Below are positions 1-7,994 of a stretch of DNA of 28,033 bases, one piece after another. A program made the position numbers and the translations under genes. The stretch is from Candidatus Zixiibacteriota bacterium. GTDB taxonomy: Bacteria; Zixibacteria; MSB-5A5; GN15; FEB-12. Numbering within the stretch: the first letter of the stretch is position 1; each line of letters begins with the position of its first letter. Under the pieces are notes generated by a model. That model was not told the origin of the DNA. It saw only the letters and a program-made list of their open reading frames with translations, and ran no database searches. The DNA lies in contig JAUXBO010000001.1 in NCBI GenBank assembly GCA_030619345.1, forward strand, positions 1-28,033, read 5' to 3'.

Positions 1-2
1 CC

Positions 3-3000
3 GGGTTCCTTATTACAGGCGATAGTTGCTCAATTTACAACAACGATTTTCACGATAATTCGCTTTTCGGTGTTGATGCTCTGAGCGGCCAGTATTGTCT
101 GTTCGTCAATAACATTTTCAGTGATGACTTGCCTACATCTACCGGTTTGAGAGCCGACGGCAGTTGCACCATGTCCTATACATTGTTTTATAATATGGAT
201 ACTCCGTTCACGGGGGGGGTGAGTTTTTCGGCCGATCTGTGGTACGATGATCCGCAATATGTAGACGTTGCTGGTGGGAATTTCCACCTCAGTTCCTACT
301 CTCCAGCGATTGATGTGGGTAATGATGTCGGTTTGCCTTATAACAATAGCGCTCCCGATTTGGGTGCCTTTGAAACCAGTCCACTGGCTACGATACAGAT
401 TATTCCGGTTCTTGACAGTTTGAACGCTGATTCAAATTATCAGTTTGATATTGTGGCTCTCGACTCTTCTGGATTCCCGACTGATCCCGGGATCATTGAC
501 TGGTCGCATACGTTTTCATCAGGTCTGATCAGTTCTGGGGGACTTTTTGCTCCCGACCTGACCGGTAGCGGAATCGTGACGGCCCAATCGTTGACATACC
601 CAGTTTCGGGATCGACATCCAGTATGTCAGTTGTAGCGGGAGCTTTGGCGACGCTTACCGTTTTTCCTGATAGAGATACAATCTCAGCTGATTCGACCCG
701 ACTGTTTACAGCGGTGGGAGTTGACTCTCACGGGAATAATACGGGCACAGTTGGAAACCTAACGTGGGTTGTGAACGGAAATATCGGAACAATCGACAAC
801 ACCGGACTATTCGATGCCGGTCGGGCGGGAGTTGGATTCATAAATGTTCTTAGCGACTTGGGGCCGAGTGGGTCAAGTGACTCTATTATCGTTGTACCGG
901 GAGAATTGTCACAGCTTTCTATATTGCCACAATCGGCTATTGTTGTTCAGGCGGAAGCGCAACAATTCACAGCCCGTGGATTAGACAACGATTCCAATTT
1001 CGTGATTGACCTGACCGCCGGATCATCGTGGACGACCAGTGATCCCGACGGGGGTGTTGATGGTTCGGGATTATACACGGCCGGGAACATTGTTTCTCCA
1101 CCCGTATACTACGTCAAGGCTGTCAACGGCCCGTTATCAGATTCAGCTGAGGTAACGGTTATCGCCAGCGGAGCGATGACCTATATAAGAATTGAATTAG
1201 CAGATTATTCTATAGTAGATGACACCAGTCTTACGACAGACAATGACACGACCATATTTTATGCTCGTGGTTACGATGCCGGATGGACTCTGATTGGAGA
1301 TGTTATTGTCGATTGGTCTCTTACCGGTGCCGACACAATTGGCGTTTTGACTAACGCAAATGCGGCCTCAACCAATCTGATTTTGACAACACCGGGTCAG
1401 TCGATTATACAGGCTCTGTACAGTGGTTCACTGACTGACTCCACCGGTGTGATTACATGCACCCCGGGAGTAGCCAATCTAATCACGGTTGTTCCCGATA
1501 CCGTTACTCTCACAGCAGGTGATACTCTGGATTTCACAGTAGTGGTAACCGACGCCGATGGTAATGATCCGTCTCCAGGAGTTGTTCCCAGTTGGGATGT
1601 TAGTGGTGGAATTGGGACAATGCAGTTGTCGGGACAATTTGCCGCGCAAACGGCAGGAACCGGTTATGCTGTCGCCACCACTGGCGGACTTGCAGATACT
1701 TCCGGCGCGATTGTAGTAGAAGCGGGACCGTTGAGTAGTATTGTCGTGCTTCCGGACTCTTCTCAAATTACGGTTGATAGTAGCTTGCAGTTTACGGTTA
1801 CGGGAAGCGATGATTATGGGAATGACCAGTCTGCAGGAAATATTAGTTGGTCGCTGACCAATCCGATCGGCACAATTGATGGTACCGGCCTGTTTGTTCC
1901 ATCTGACCTTGGGATAACCCACGCTATTGCGACCTCGGATCTTGGGCCGGTAGACACTTGCGCCTATCTGGAAATTACTCCCGGACGGTTGGTAACTTTG
2001 ACAATCAGTCCTGATTCGGTTGATCTACTCAGTGGCGACGGCCAGCAGTTCACCGTATCGGGCACGGATGCTTTTGGTTATTCAACAGCTGTGGGTGGTA
2101 TAACCTGGTCGGTCCTCGGAGGCATTGGCGACATAGTTTCTTCCGGCGAATTCACGGCCACCACTGTTGGAAGCGGCCACATAATGGCGGTTAGTAGTAT
2201 CGACGCTGTTTCCGATACGAACCTTGCAGTTGTTGTTTCCGCAGCGGCTCCGACAAGACTGAGCATCTCACCGGACGAAGCAAGTATTGCGCTGGGCGAT
2301 TCCCTTGAATTCCATGTTGACGCCTATGATCCAAATTTCAACCCGGTCGATCCGGGGCAATTGTCCTGGAGTGTAATTGGCGGAATAGGGTCAATTGACA
2401 GTTTTGGCAAGTTTACAGCTTCTTCGCCCGGTACCGGGCAGATTGCTGTTTTCAGCACGACCTATAGCCTGAGTGATACCAGTTCGTTTATAATTGTCGA
2501 AGCGTTGGTGGTGACGACTTTACCATTGGGGAATCAGGTCGTGCTATCCGGCGACACTGATCTTTCCATATTGAGCTTTGAGATCAGTAATTTGTTCTCT
2601 GTCGACAAAACAGTCGAAGGGTTCACATTCAATAGTCACGACCACGGAGTTGGAACCGAGTTAGAGATGCTGAATAACATTGACTCTATTCATCTCTATG
2701 TAGATTCGATACCCGATAGCATCCTTAGCAGCATCGCCCTGGATTTCGAGACTAACTTGCTAACGTTCTCGCCGGTGATAATCCCGACCCTCGGAAGTAG
2801 AACCTTCAGAGTACTTGCCGATGCCAGTCGTTTTCCGCACGACGGTGATTCGGCTGATCTCATTCTCATACCGTCATCTGATGTAGTTGTGTCTGATGGT
2901 TCGGTGGTCTCGGGACCGGATACGGTCAACTCTCTCGGGTATTTGATTTTTAACGGGCTTTCTTACAATCAGATTGATCTTATCCCCGCTGGTCTGGATT

Positions 3001-6000
3001 CCATTATGCCCGCAGACAGCATGTACAACGTGATGACTATTGATATACCTCGGAACGGCTACTCTACCGATACCCTGGAGTTATTCAGTATAATAGTGGA
3101 CGCAGCCTCCGGTGGTACTGTTGACGAACTGGATTTCGATTCGCTCGTATTATATGCCGATAACGGTGATAACAACTGGGATGGACCACTGCTGGAGTCC
3201 AGATTAGGTATCCTGGCCTTCACTGGAAGCCGTTGGATCAGAAGTGGTCTTACCCTTGAGCTGGGCACGCCAATCACCCGGCTCTACGTTGGTGCCGTAC
3301 TATCGGAACGACCGACGCGAGGGGCTGTTGCAGCGTTTGGTATTCCCTTGAACGGAATCGAGATGGCGTCCAATAATGACGGTCCTATTGACTCCGAGGT
3401 CAGCGCCGTGGATAGTATCGTAATTTCCACCACCGAAGCGTTCTCGGTCTCAGCCATCGAAGGAGACATCCAGCGGCTTGTTCCGGGAGAAATATCGGAT
3501 GCTTTGATGACCATAGAGCTTCAGAATAACTTTGTTGATCCATACGTGTTGGACAGTCTCATTTTTGATCTTAATGTCAAGTCTGCCTTTTTTGAAGCTC
3601 AGTCTACAAAAGACAGTCAGTTCGACAGTCTGATACTTGTGTCGCACCAGATTTCCGATCTTGGCCAACTCCAGTCCCAGGGGACAGTTATTTCGTCAGC
3701 GTCAGCAGTCGGCGGTATTGCAGCATTTGACTGCAACAGTTTGACCATACTGGGAAGTGGTGATCGTGTGTATTTGAGTGTGATTGCGGCGATAAGTCTG
3801 GATTCGGCCAGAGACGGTAATCTTGTAGACATGTCGCTTCCTGATTCCACTCGAATTGTGTTGACTCCCTCGAGTTCCATAAAAGCCACTTACCCATTAG
3901 AGGGGACCACCGGACATTACATTGACGGTTTCCCTCTGGCGGCCACGATTGTGCACGAACTGGCGGCCCAGACCATTTTTGGTGGACAGTCACGGGTACC
4001 GGTTTTGGACTTCGAACTTCCGGGTAACGGTTATAGCGTGAATGAAATACTCATGCTTATGCGCCTGGTAAATGTCGGTACTCTGGACGATGGTGTAGCG
4101 ATCTCCTTGATGCAACTTTGGTATGATTGGCAGTCCGACGGCTTCACTACCGACGATTCTCTCATAGCTGACTTCAGTTATTCGGGGGGTGAGTGGTCTA
4201 CCGGGCAAGTTACTTATCCCTTTCTGCTACCCGGTCATAGTAGATTTATAGTTACCGTAGGTGCCGCTAGTAATCAGTTCACCGCCGGAACATTCCAACC
4301 TGTTGTACCGGTAGGTGGGGTAGTTTGTTGGCAGGGTCGGGATGGTCCTGATGATGGGGTGATATCAAACAGCGAAACACACCTGGTGATTCCGACTGAT
4401 CGGGTCACGGTGATTTCAATGCCGGGTGTAACAAGAAGCGCCTATCCGGGTTCTACGATCAACCAATTGCTTACATTTGCTCTCTACAATGGTTACGTGG
4501 GTATCGACTCGCTTTCTGTGGAAGCAATCACGTTCACTAATATTTCCAAGTCTCAATCAGGCGCGGTGTGGGCGGACAGTTCCTTAGCGCAAGTATTTTT
4601 GCACTTTGATATCGATAGCAATCGCATCTTTGATGATACCGACAGCCTGATCGGTACGGGATATTTTGCGGGCGGCAGATTGAAAATGAACGGTCTAAAC
4701 ATACTCTTGCAACCCGAAAAAATAAGCTCCTTCTTTATTTCCGCTGATCTCTCTCTTGCTCAGATCGACTCCGACAGTTTGGCTATATCAATTGAACAAG
4801 CTTCTGATTTTGTTTTCTCGGACACCGGTTCTGTCTCTGTTAATGGCGATCTGCCCCTTACCAGCGGCGGCTGGAACATTGTCGACGGCTCAGTTTGGGA
4901 TCAATACCAGTTAATAAATCTGCCGCCAAAATCTGTGATGCCGGGAGATACGGCTGTATTGTTAATGGCTTTCAGGCCGCCAAGTAACGGGAATCTATCT
5001 GACACCCTTATTTCACTGGTGGTGGAAAACGCCAATATATCAAATATCGCCGATGATAACGATATCAACAACATGAATCTGTGGATCGATCTAAATGACA
5101 ATTTGACCTTTGACTCCGGTGATAGTTTGATCGGCTCCTTGAATTTTCACGCAACGGGATATTGGGTCAGTGCAGGATTACAGTTGGAAATAGGCCGAAC
5201 TCCACCGCTGCTGATGTTGGTTGCCGATATTGCACCGGGTGCTGTCCCCGCCCACAAATTCCGTGGGAGTATTCCCACCGGTGGTTGTTTTTTTGAATCT
5301 TCAAACGACGGACCCCTCGATCAAGCTCTAGCAAGTAATAGCCAAGTTACAATTTCAAACGCGGCTCTGGCGGTGTCGCTTCAGAATCACCCATCTCGAT
5401 ATACGGTCGGACAGTCTGTTCATCATGTACTGACCGTGACCAACCTCGGTCTGACGTCATTGGTGGATGTCTCAGCTTACTCAATTATCGGAGACTCCTC
5501 GTTGGTGATCATCGACAGCAGCCAAAGTGGTCCGCTACCGCTCGCGGTTGGAGCTTCCACAGATTTTAATTTCTATTACACAGCAGTTGACACCGGCATA
5601 CTTGTCTGGCAATTCCAGGCAACGGCAGACGCTACCGGAGATTCCTCGATTGTACTTGCTACGGACTCAGTAGAGTTCCAACGAGCTGTAACCGGCGTTC
5701 CGATTCAGTTTGTAAACAGTATTCCAACTTCGGTTACCAAGGGGCAGACAAATATATTTCCGTTCAGTCTCATTGTAGACCATCCGAATACTGATCTTTT
5801 TGCGGCCTCGATAAGGCTGGACAGTTTGACTCTGCGGGTGGAAGATGGCTCAGGCAATGGTCGTCGAGCAGATTCAGTTCTATCACGACTGGTACTTGCT
5901 ACTGGCTATACTAATCTGACCATAATGGAGACAATTCCTGCCACCTCGGAACTAACCCTGATCTTCAGCGAACCGGTAGTAATTGATCCTTCGCAACAAC

Positions 6001-7994
6001 GGAGTTTCTCGCTTCTGATTGATATCGACAGCGCTGCCGCTGCCGGTAGTTTTGCGATGTCAATCATGGGCAGTTCCTCAATATCAGTAGTGGATCACAA
6101 CAGTTCGCAGCCGGTGAGCCTTGATCCCGGTCTCCAGTTCCCGATGGTGACCGCTTCCTGCCGGATTGATAATCCGTCGGCCAAATTGCTTCTATCCTCA
6201 GAATCTGTCCTGCAGTCCACGGTCAATTATGGCCAGGACGATCTGGACCTGGTGAAGTTACTGTTTACGCACCCCGGTGAATCCGGAAGTTCGCCTATTC
6301 AGGTGACTTCGGTTACCGTAAATTTTGTAGACAGCCTGCTCAGTCCAATTATTGCGACTCACCTGATCAAGCGCCTTCAGATTCGCAGACAGCAGGTCAT
6401 AGTGGCTGAGGTGACTAGTTTTGGAAGTTTAACTGATTCGGTTGAGGTCGTTCTGAATTCGCCTTTAACACTCAATCCGGGTGAGCGGGATTCGCTGGTC
6501 ATTCGAATATCAGTCGACGATCAATCGATATACAATAATTTTGGACTCGTCGTTTCCGACAGCACACGCTTTGTGGTAAGAGACCTGAGTTCCGGTTCGC
6601 TGATTGATATTGCGACCGATACAACAAGTCTGGCGACTGGTTCTGTATTTCCGATTTATTCCGGCAGCGCCCGACTCATGCAGCCGGCAGAAACGGCGGA
6701 AGTTTGTTTGACCTCGTTACTTCCGGAGGCTGTGGTCGGTGGCAAAGACAGTCTGGCGATGGTTGAAATATCTGTCGAATATCCGTCTACTCCCGATCAT
6801 TCTTCCGTTATCATTTTTGCGGCCAATGTCAACGTAATGGACTCGCTCGGTCGGCCTCTGGACCCGGATCGACTTTTTGACCGTATTGGTTATGCCGTTG
6901 ATGGACAGACTCCAATCTATCAATCGTTTGTCCAGTTAATCAATGGTTCCGCTCACTTTACTTTTGGGAGCGGTATCATATTGAATCCAGGCGACACCAG
7001 GACGATTTGGCTGATAGCTGACATTGAAGCCGATGTTCCTTTTACCAATTTTGCGATCTCAATCACCGAGACCAATGCCATGATATTGAGAGATGCCACA
7101 GACACAAGCGGCAGTCCCGGCTATCTTAGTGCCGGTTCCTGCAGTGGGCAATTCCCGTTTGTCACCAATACTGTTGACATTTTCCTTCCCGCAGGTCGGC
7201 CTTCGTTTGAAATTGCAAAACTTCCGGTTCAGGTAGCCGTCAAGGGTCAGGAGATGCTTAAAATATTCGGCGGAAAACTTAAGTACGAAGGCTCCGGCGC
7301 TCAAGGCGACATATCGGTAGAGGGTATAGGCGGCAAACTGACCCGGAGACTCCCCGATGGTTGGCAGATCACAGCCCCTGAGCAAGCTCTCTCGAAAATA
7401 AGCGTGATGGTCGATGGCAAGTCCGCCTTTGAGGACTCTCTGTTCTCCGGTGACAGTCTGCAATTAGACTTTGTTCAGCCGTACACGCTTGCCAGTGATA
7501 AGGAGATCGCTATCGAGATTTTCGTATCGCTAACGGAAGACTTGTCGCTCGGCAATTACTGCCTAAAGTTTGATGACTCCGGCTTTATCAAATTGTTAGA
7601 CAAGAATATTTCCAATAAGATATTTGCTTCAGGGAACGAGGAATACCCTCTTTATGCAACTGAAATATCAGTTCTCGAAGCAAACCTCCAGGAATCATTT
7701 GTCAACTACCCGAATCCATTCCATCCGTCGAATGGTGAACATACTACCTTAGCCTATGTACTGCCCGCCGATGCACATGTCGACATTGAGGCATTTACCA
7801 TCACCGGACAATTAGTTGCCGTAATAGCTGACAACCAGTTTCGTTCCGAGGGTGCCCATTCCGAAGATGTCTGGGCGGCGCTTAATGATCGCGGTCTCGA
7901 AGTAATCAGCGGCACTTACTATTGTCGCATTACGGCCCGTTATAGTTCCGGTAAAGTGGAAGAAGTTCGCAGGAAGATAGCGGTGATTCGATGA
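3..7994 (+). CDS. Giant repeat-rich secreted/surface protein, 5'-truncated at the window edge (>=2663 aa): end of a right-handed beta-helix, 8 Ig-like repeats, 3 doublet repeats, an Ig-like domain, 4 further beta-sandwich repeats and a C-terminal T9SS type-A/FlgD-like sorting domain
   Basis: The frame is open from nt 3 (GFLITGDSCSIYNNDFHDNSLFGV...LFVNNIF), so the TTG at 129 is not the true start. The N-terminal part has beta-helix-like NN ladders and the 'NFHLSSYSPAIDVG...PDLGAFE' cap typical of secreted beta-helix proteins. The C-terminus reads 'FVNYPNPF...GTYYCRIT...RKIAVIR'. The protein is Ser/Thr/Asp/Val-rich throughout. Confidence 0.9.
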   Translation, partial: GFLITGDSCSIYNNDFHDNSLFGVDALSGQYCLFVNNIFSDDLPTSTGLRADGSCTMSYTLFYNMDTPFTGGVSFSADLWYDDPQYVDVAGGNFHLSSYSPAIDVGNDVGLPYNNSAPDLGAFETSPLATIQIIPVLDSLNADSNYQFDIVALDSSGFPTDPGIIDWSHTFSSGLISSGGLFAPDLTGSGIVTAQSLTYPVSGSTSSMSVVAGALATLTVFPDRDTISADSTRLFTAVGVDSHGNNTGTVGNLTWVVNGNIGTIDNTGLFDAGRAGVGFINVLSDLGPSGSSDSIIVVPGELSQLSILPQSAIVVQAEAQQFTARGLDNDSNFVIDLTAGSSWTTSDPDGGVDGSGLYTAGNIVSPPVYYVKAVNGPLSDSAEVTVIASGAMTYIRIELADYSIVDDTSLTTDNDTTIFYARGYDAGWTLIGDVIVDWSLTGADTIGVLTNANAASTNLILTTPGQSIIQALYSGSLTDSTGVITCTPGVANLITVVPDTVTLTAGDTLDFTVVVTDADGNDPSPGVVPSWDVSGGIGTMQLSGQFAAQTAGTGYAVATTGGLADTSGAIVVEAGPLSSIVVLPDSSQITVDSSLQFTVTGSDDYGNDQSAGNISWSLTNPIGTIDGTGLFVPSDLGITHAIATSDLGPVDTCAYLEITPGRLVTLTISPDSVDLLSGDGQQFTVSGTDAFGYSTAVGGITWSVLGGIGDIVSSGEFTATTVGSGHIMAVSSIDAVSDTNLAVVVSAAAPTRLSISPDEASIALGDSLEFHVDAYDPNFNPVDPGQLSWSVIGGIGSIDSFGKFTASSPGTGQIAVFSTTYSLSDTSSFIIVEALVVTTLPLGNQVVLSGDTDLSILSFEISNLFSVDKTVEGFTFNSHDHGVGTELEMLNNIDSIHLYVDSIPDSILSSIALDFETNLLTFSPVIIPTLGSRTFRVLADASRFPHDGDSADLILIPSSDVVVSDGSVVSGPDTVNSLGYLIFNGLSYNQIDLIPAGLDSIMPADSMYNVMTIDIPRNGYSTDTLELFSIIVDAASGGTVDELDFDSLVLYADNGDNNWDGPLLESRLGILAFTGSRWIRSGLTLELGTPITRLYVGAVLSERPTRGAVAAFGIPLNGIEMASNNDGPIDSEVSAVDSIVISTTEAFSVSAIEGDIQRLVPGEISDALMTIELQNNFVDPYVLDSLIFDLNVKSAFFEAQSTKDSQFDSLILVSHQISDLGQLQSQGTVISSASAVGGIAAFDCNSLTILGSGDRVYLSVIAAISLDSARDGNLVDMSLPDSTRIVLTPSSSIKATYPLEGTTGHYIDGFPLAATIVHELAAQTIFGGQSRVPVLDFELPGNGYSVNEILMLMRLVNVGTLDDGVAISLMQLWYDWQSDGFTTDDSLIADFSYSGGEWSTGQVTYPFLLPGHSRFIVTVGAASNQFTAGTFQPVVPVGGVVCWQGRDGPDDGVISNSETHLVIPTDRVTVISMPGVTRSAYPGSTINQLLTFALYNGYVGIDSLSVEAITFTNISKSQSGAVWADSSLAQVFLHFDIDSNRIFDDTDSLIGTGYFAGGRLKMNGLNILLQPEKISSFFISADLSLAQIDSDSLAISIEQASDFVFSDTGSVSVNGDLPLTSGGWNIVDGSVWDQYQLINLPPKSVMPGDTAVLLMAFRPPSNGNLSDTLISLVVENANISNIADDNDINNMNLWIDLNDNLTFDSGDSLIGSLNFHATGYWVSAGLQLEIGRTPPLLMLVADIAPGAVPAHKFRGSIPTGGCFFESSNDGPLDQALASNSQVTISNAALAVSLQNHPSRYTVGQSVHHVLTVTNLGLTSLVDVSAYSIIGDSSLVIIDSSQSGPLPLAVGASTDFNFYYTAVDTGILVWQFQATADATGDSSIVLATDSVEFQRAVTGVPIQFVNSIPTSVTKGQTNIFPFSLIVDHPNTDLFAASIRLDSLTLRVEDGSGNGRRADSVLSRLVLATGYTNLTIMETIPATSELTLIFSEPVVIDPSQQRSFSLLIDIDSAAAAGSFAMSIMGSSSISVVDHNSSQPVSLDPGLQFPMVTASCRIDNPSAKLLLSSESVLQSTVNYGQDDLDLVKLLFTHPGESGSSPIQVTSVTVNFVDSLLSPIIATHLIKRLQIRRQQVIVAEVTSFGSLTDSVEVVLNSPLTLNPGERDSLVIRISVDDQSIYNNFGLVVSDSTRFVVRDLSSGSLIDIATDTTSLATGSVFPIYSGSARLMQPAETAEVCLTSLLPEAVVGGKDSLAMVEISVEYPSTPDHSSVIIFAANVNVMDSLGRPLDPDRLFDRIGYAVDGQTPIYQSFVQLINGSAHFTFGSGIILNPGDTRTIWLIADIEADVPFTNFAISITETNAMILRDATDTSGSPGYLSAGSCSGQFPFVTNTVDIFLPAGRPSFEIAKLPVQVAVKGQEMLKIFGGKLKYEGSGAQGDISVEGIGGKLTRRLPDGWQITAPEQALSKISVMVDGKSAFEDSLFSGDSLQLDFVQPYTLASDKEIAIEIFVSLTEDLSLGNYCLKFDDSGFIKLLDKNISNKIFASGNEEYPLYATEISVLEANLQESFVNYPNPFHPSNGEHTTLAYVLPADAHVDIEAFTITGQLVAVIADNQFRSEGAHSEDVWAALNDRGLEVISGTYYCRITARYSSGKVEEVRRKIAVIR
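384..2507 (+). repeat. Eight tandem ~87-aa Ig-like (Big_2/intimin-like) protein repeats
   Basis: Each unit follows roughly L-x-I-x-P-D-x6-7-(Q/E)-F-T-x-x-G-x-D-x-x-G-N...W-S-x-x-G-G-I-G-x-I-x-x-x-G-x-F-x-A-x-x-x-G. Units start LATIQIIP, LATLTVFP, LSQLSILP, MTYIRIE (divergent), ANLITVVP, LSSIVVLP, LVTLTISP and PTRLSISP. Confidence 0.8.
2508..5360 (+). repeat. Three tandem ~320-aa doublet (A+B) protein repeats
   Basis: Motifs recur at a ~320-aa period: PRNGY (3048), PGNGY (4020), PSNGN (4980); NDGP (3375), RDGP (4338), NDGP (5304). LxL(Y/W)xD plus acidic D-x-x-(F/W)-D loops and a conserved W recur in each B unit, and the A units end in (D/N)G. Confidence 0.75.
5688..7676 (+). repeat. Four ~165-aa beta-sandwich protein repeats (C1-C4)
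   Basis: Units begin VTGVPIQF, NPSAKLLL, QPAETAEV and LPAGRPSF. They share 'V-x-x-G-Q/K', 'P-x-x-(I/L)-x-P-G-(E/D)' (PVVIDPSQ, PLTLNPGE, GIILNPGD, PYTLASDK) and a terminal F/Y-P (QFPMVT, VFPIYS, QFPFVT, EYPLYA). Confidence 0.65.
7698..7994 (+). other. C-terminal T9SS type-A-like / FlgD Ig-like sorting domain of the giant protein
   Basis: Sequence FVNYPNPF-x-...TTLAYVLP...VDIEAFTITGQLV...W...NDRG..VISGTYYCRI...RKIAVIR matches the YPNP...G.Y...K pattern known for type-A CTDs. Confidence 0.8.

Noticed and set aside
384-7676. CRISPR array or DNA-level tandem repeat in the giant gene
   Set aside because: The repeats are visible only at protein level and are highly diverged; I saw no identical nucleotide repeats with spacers.
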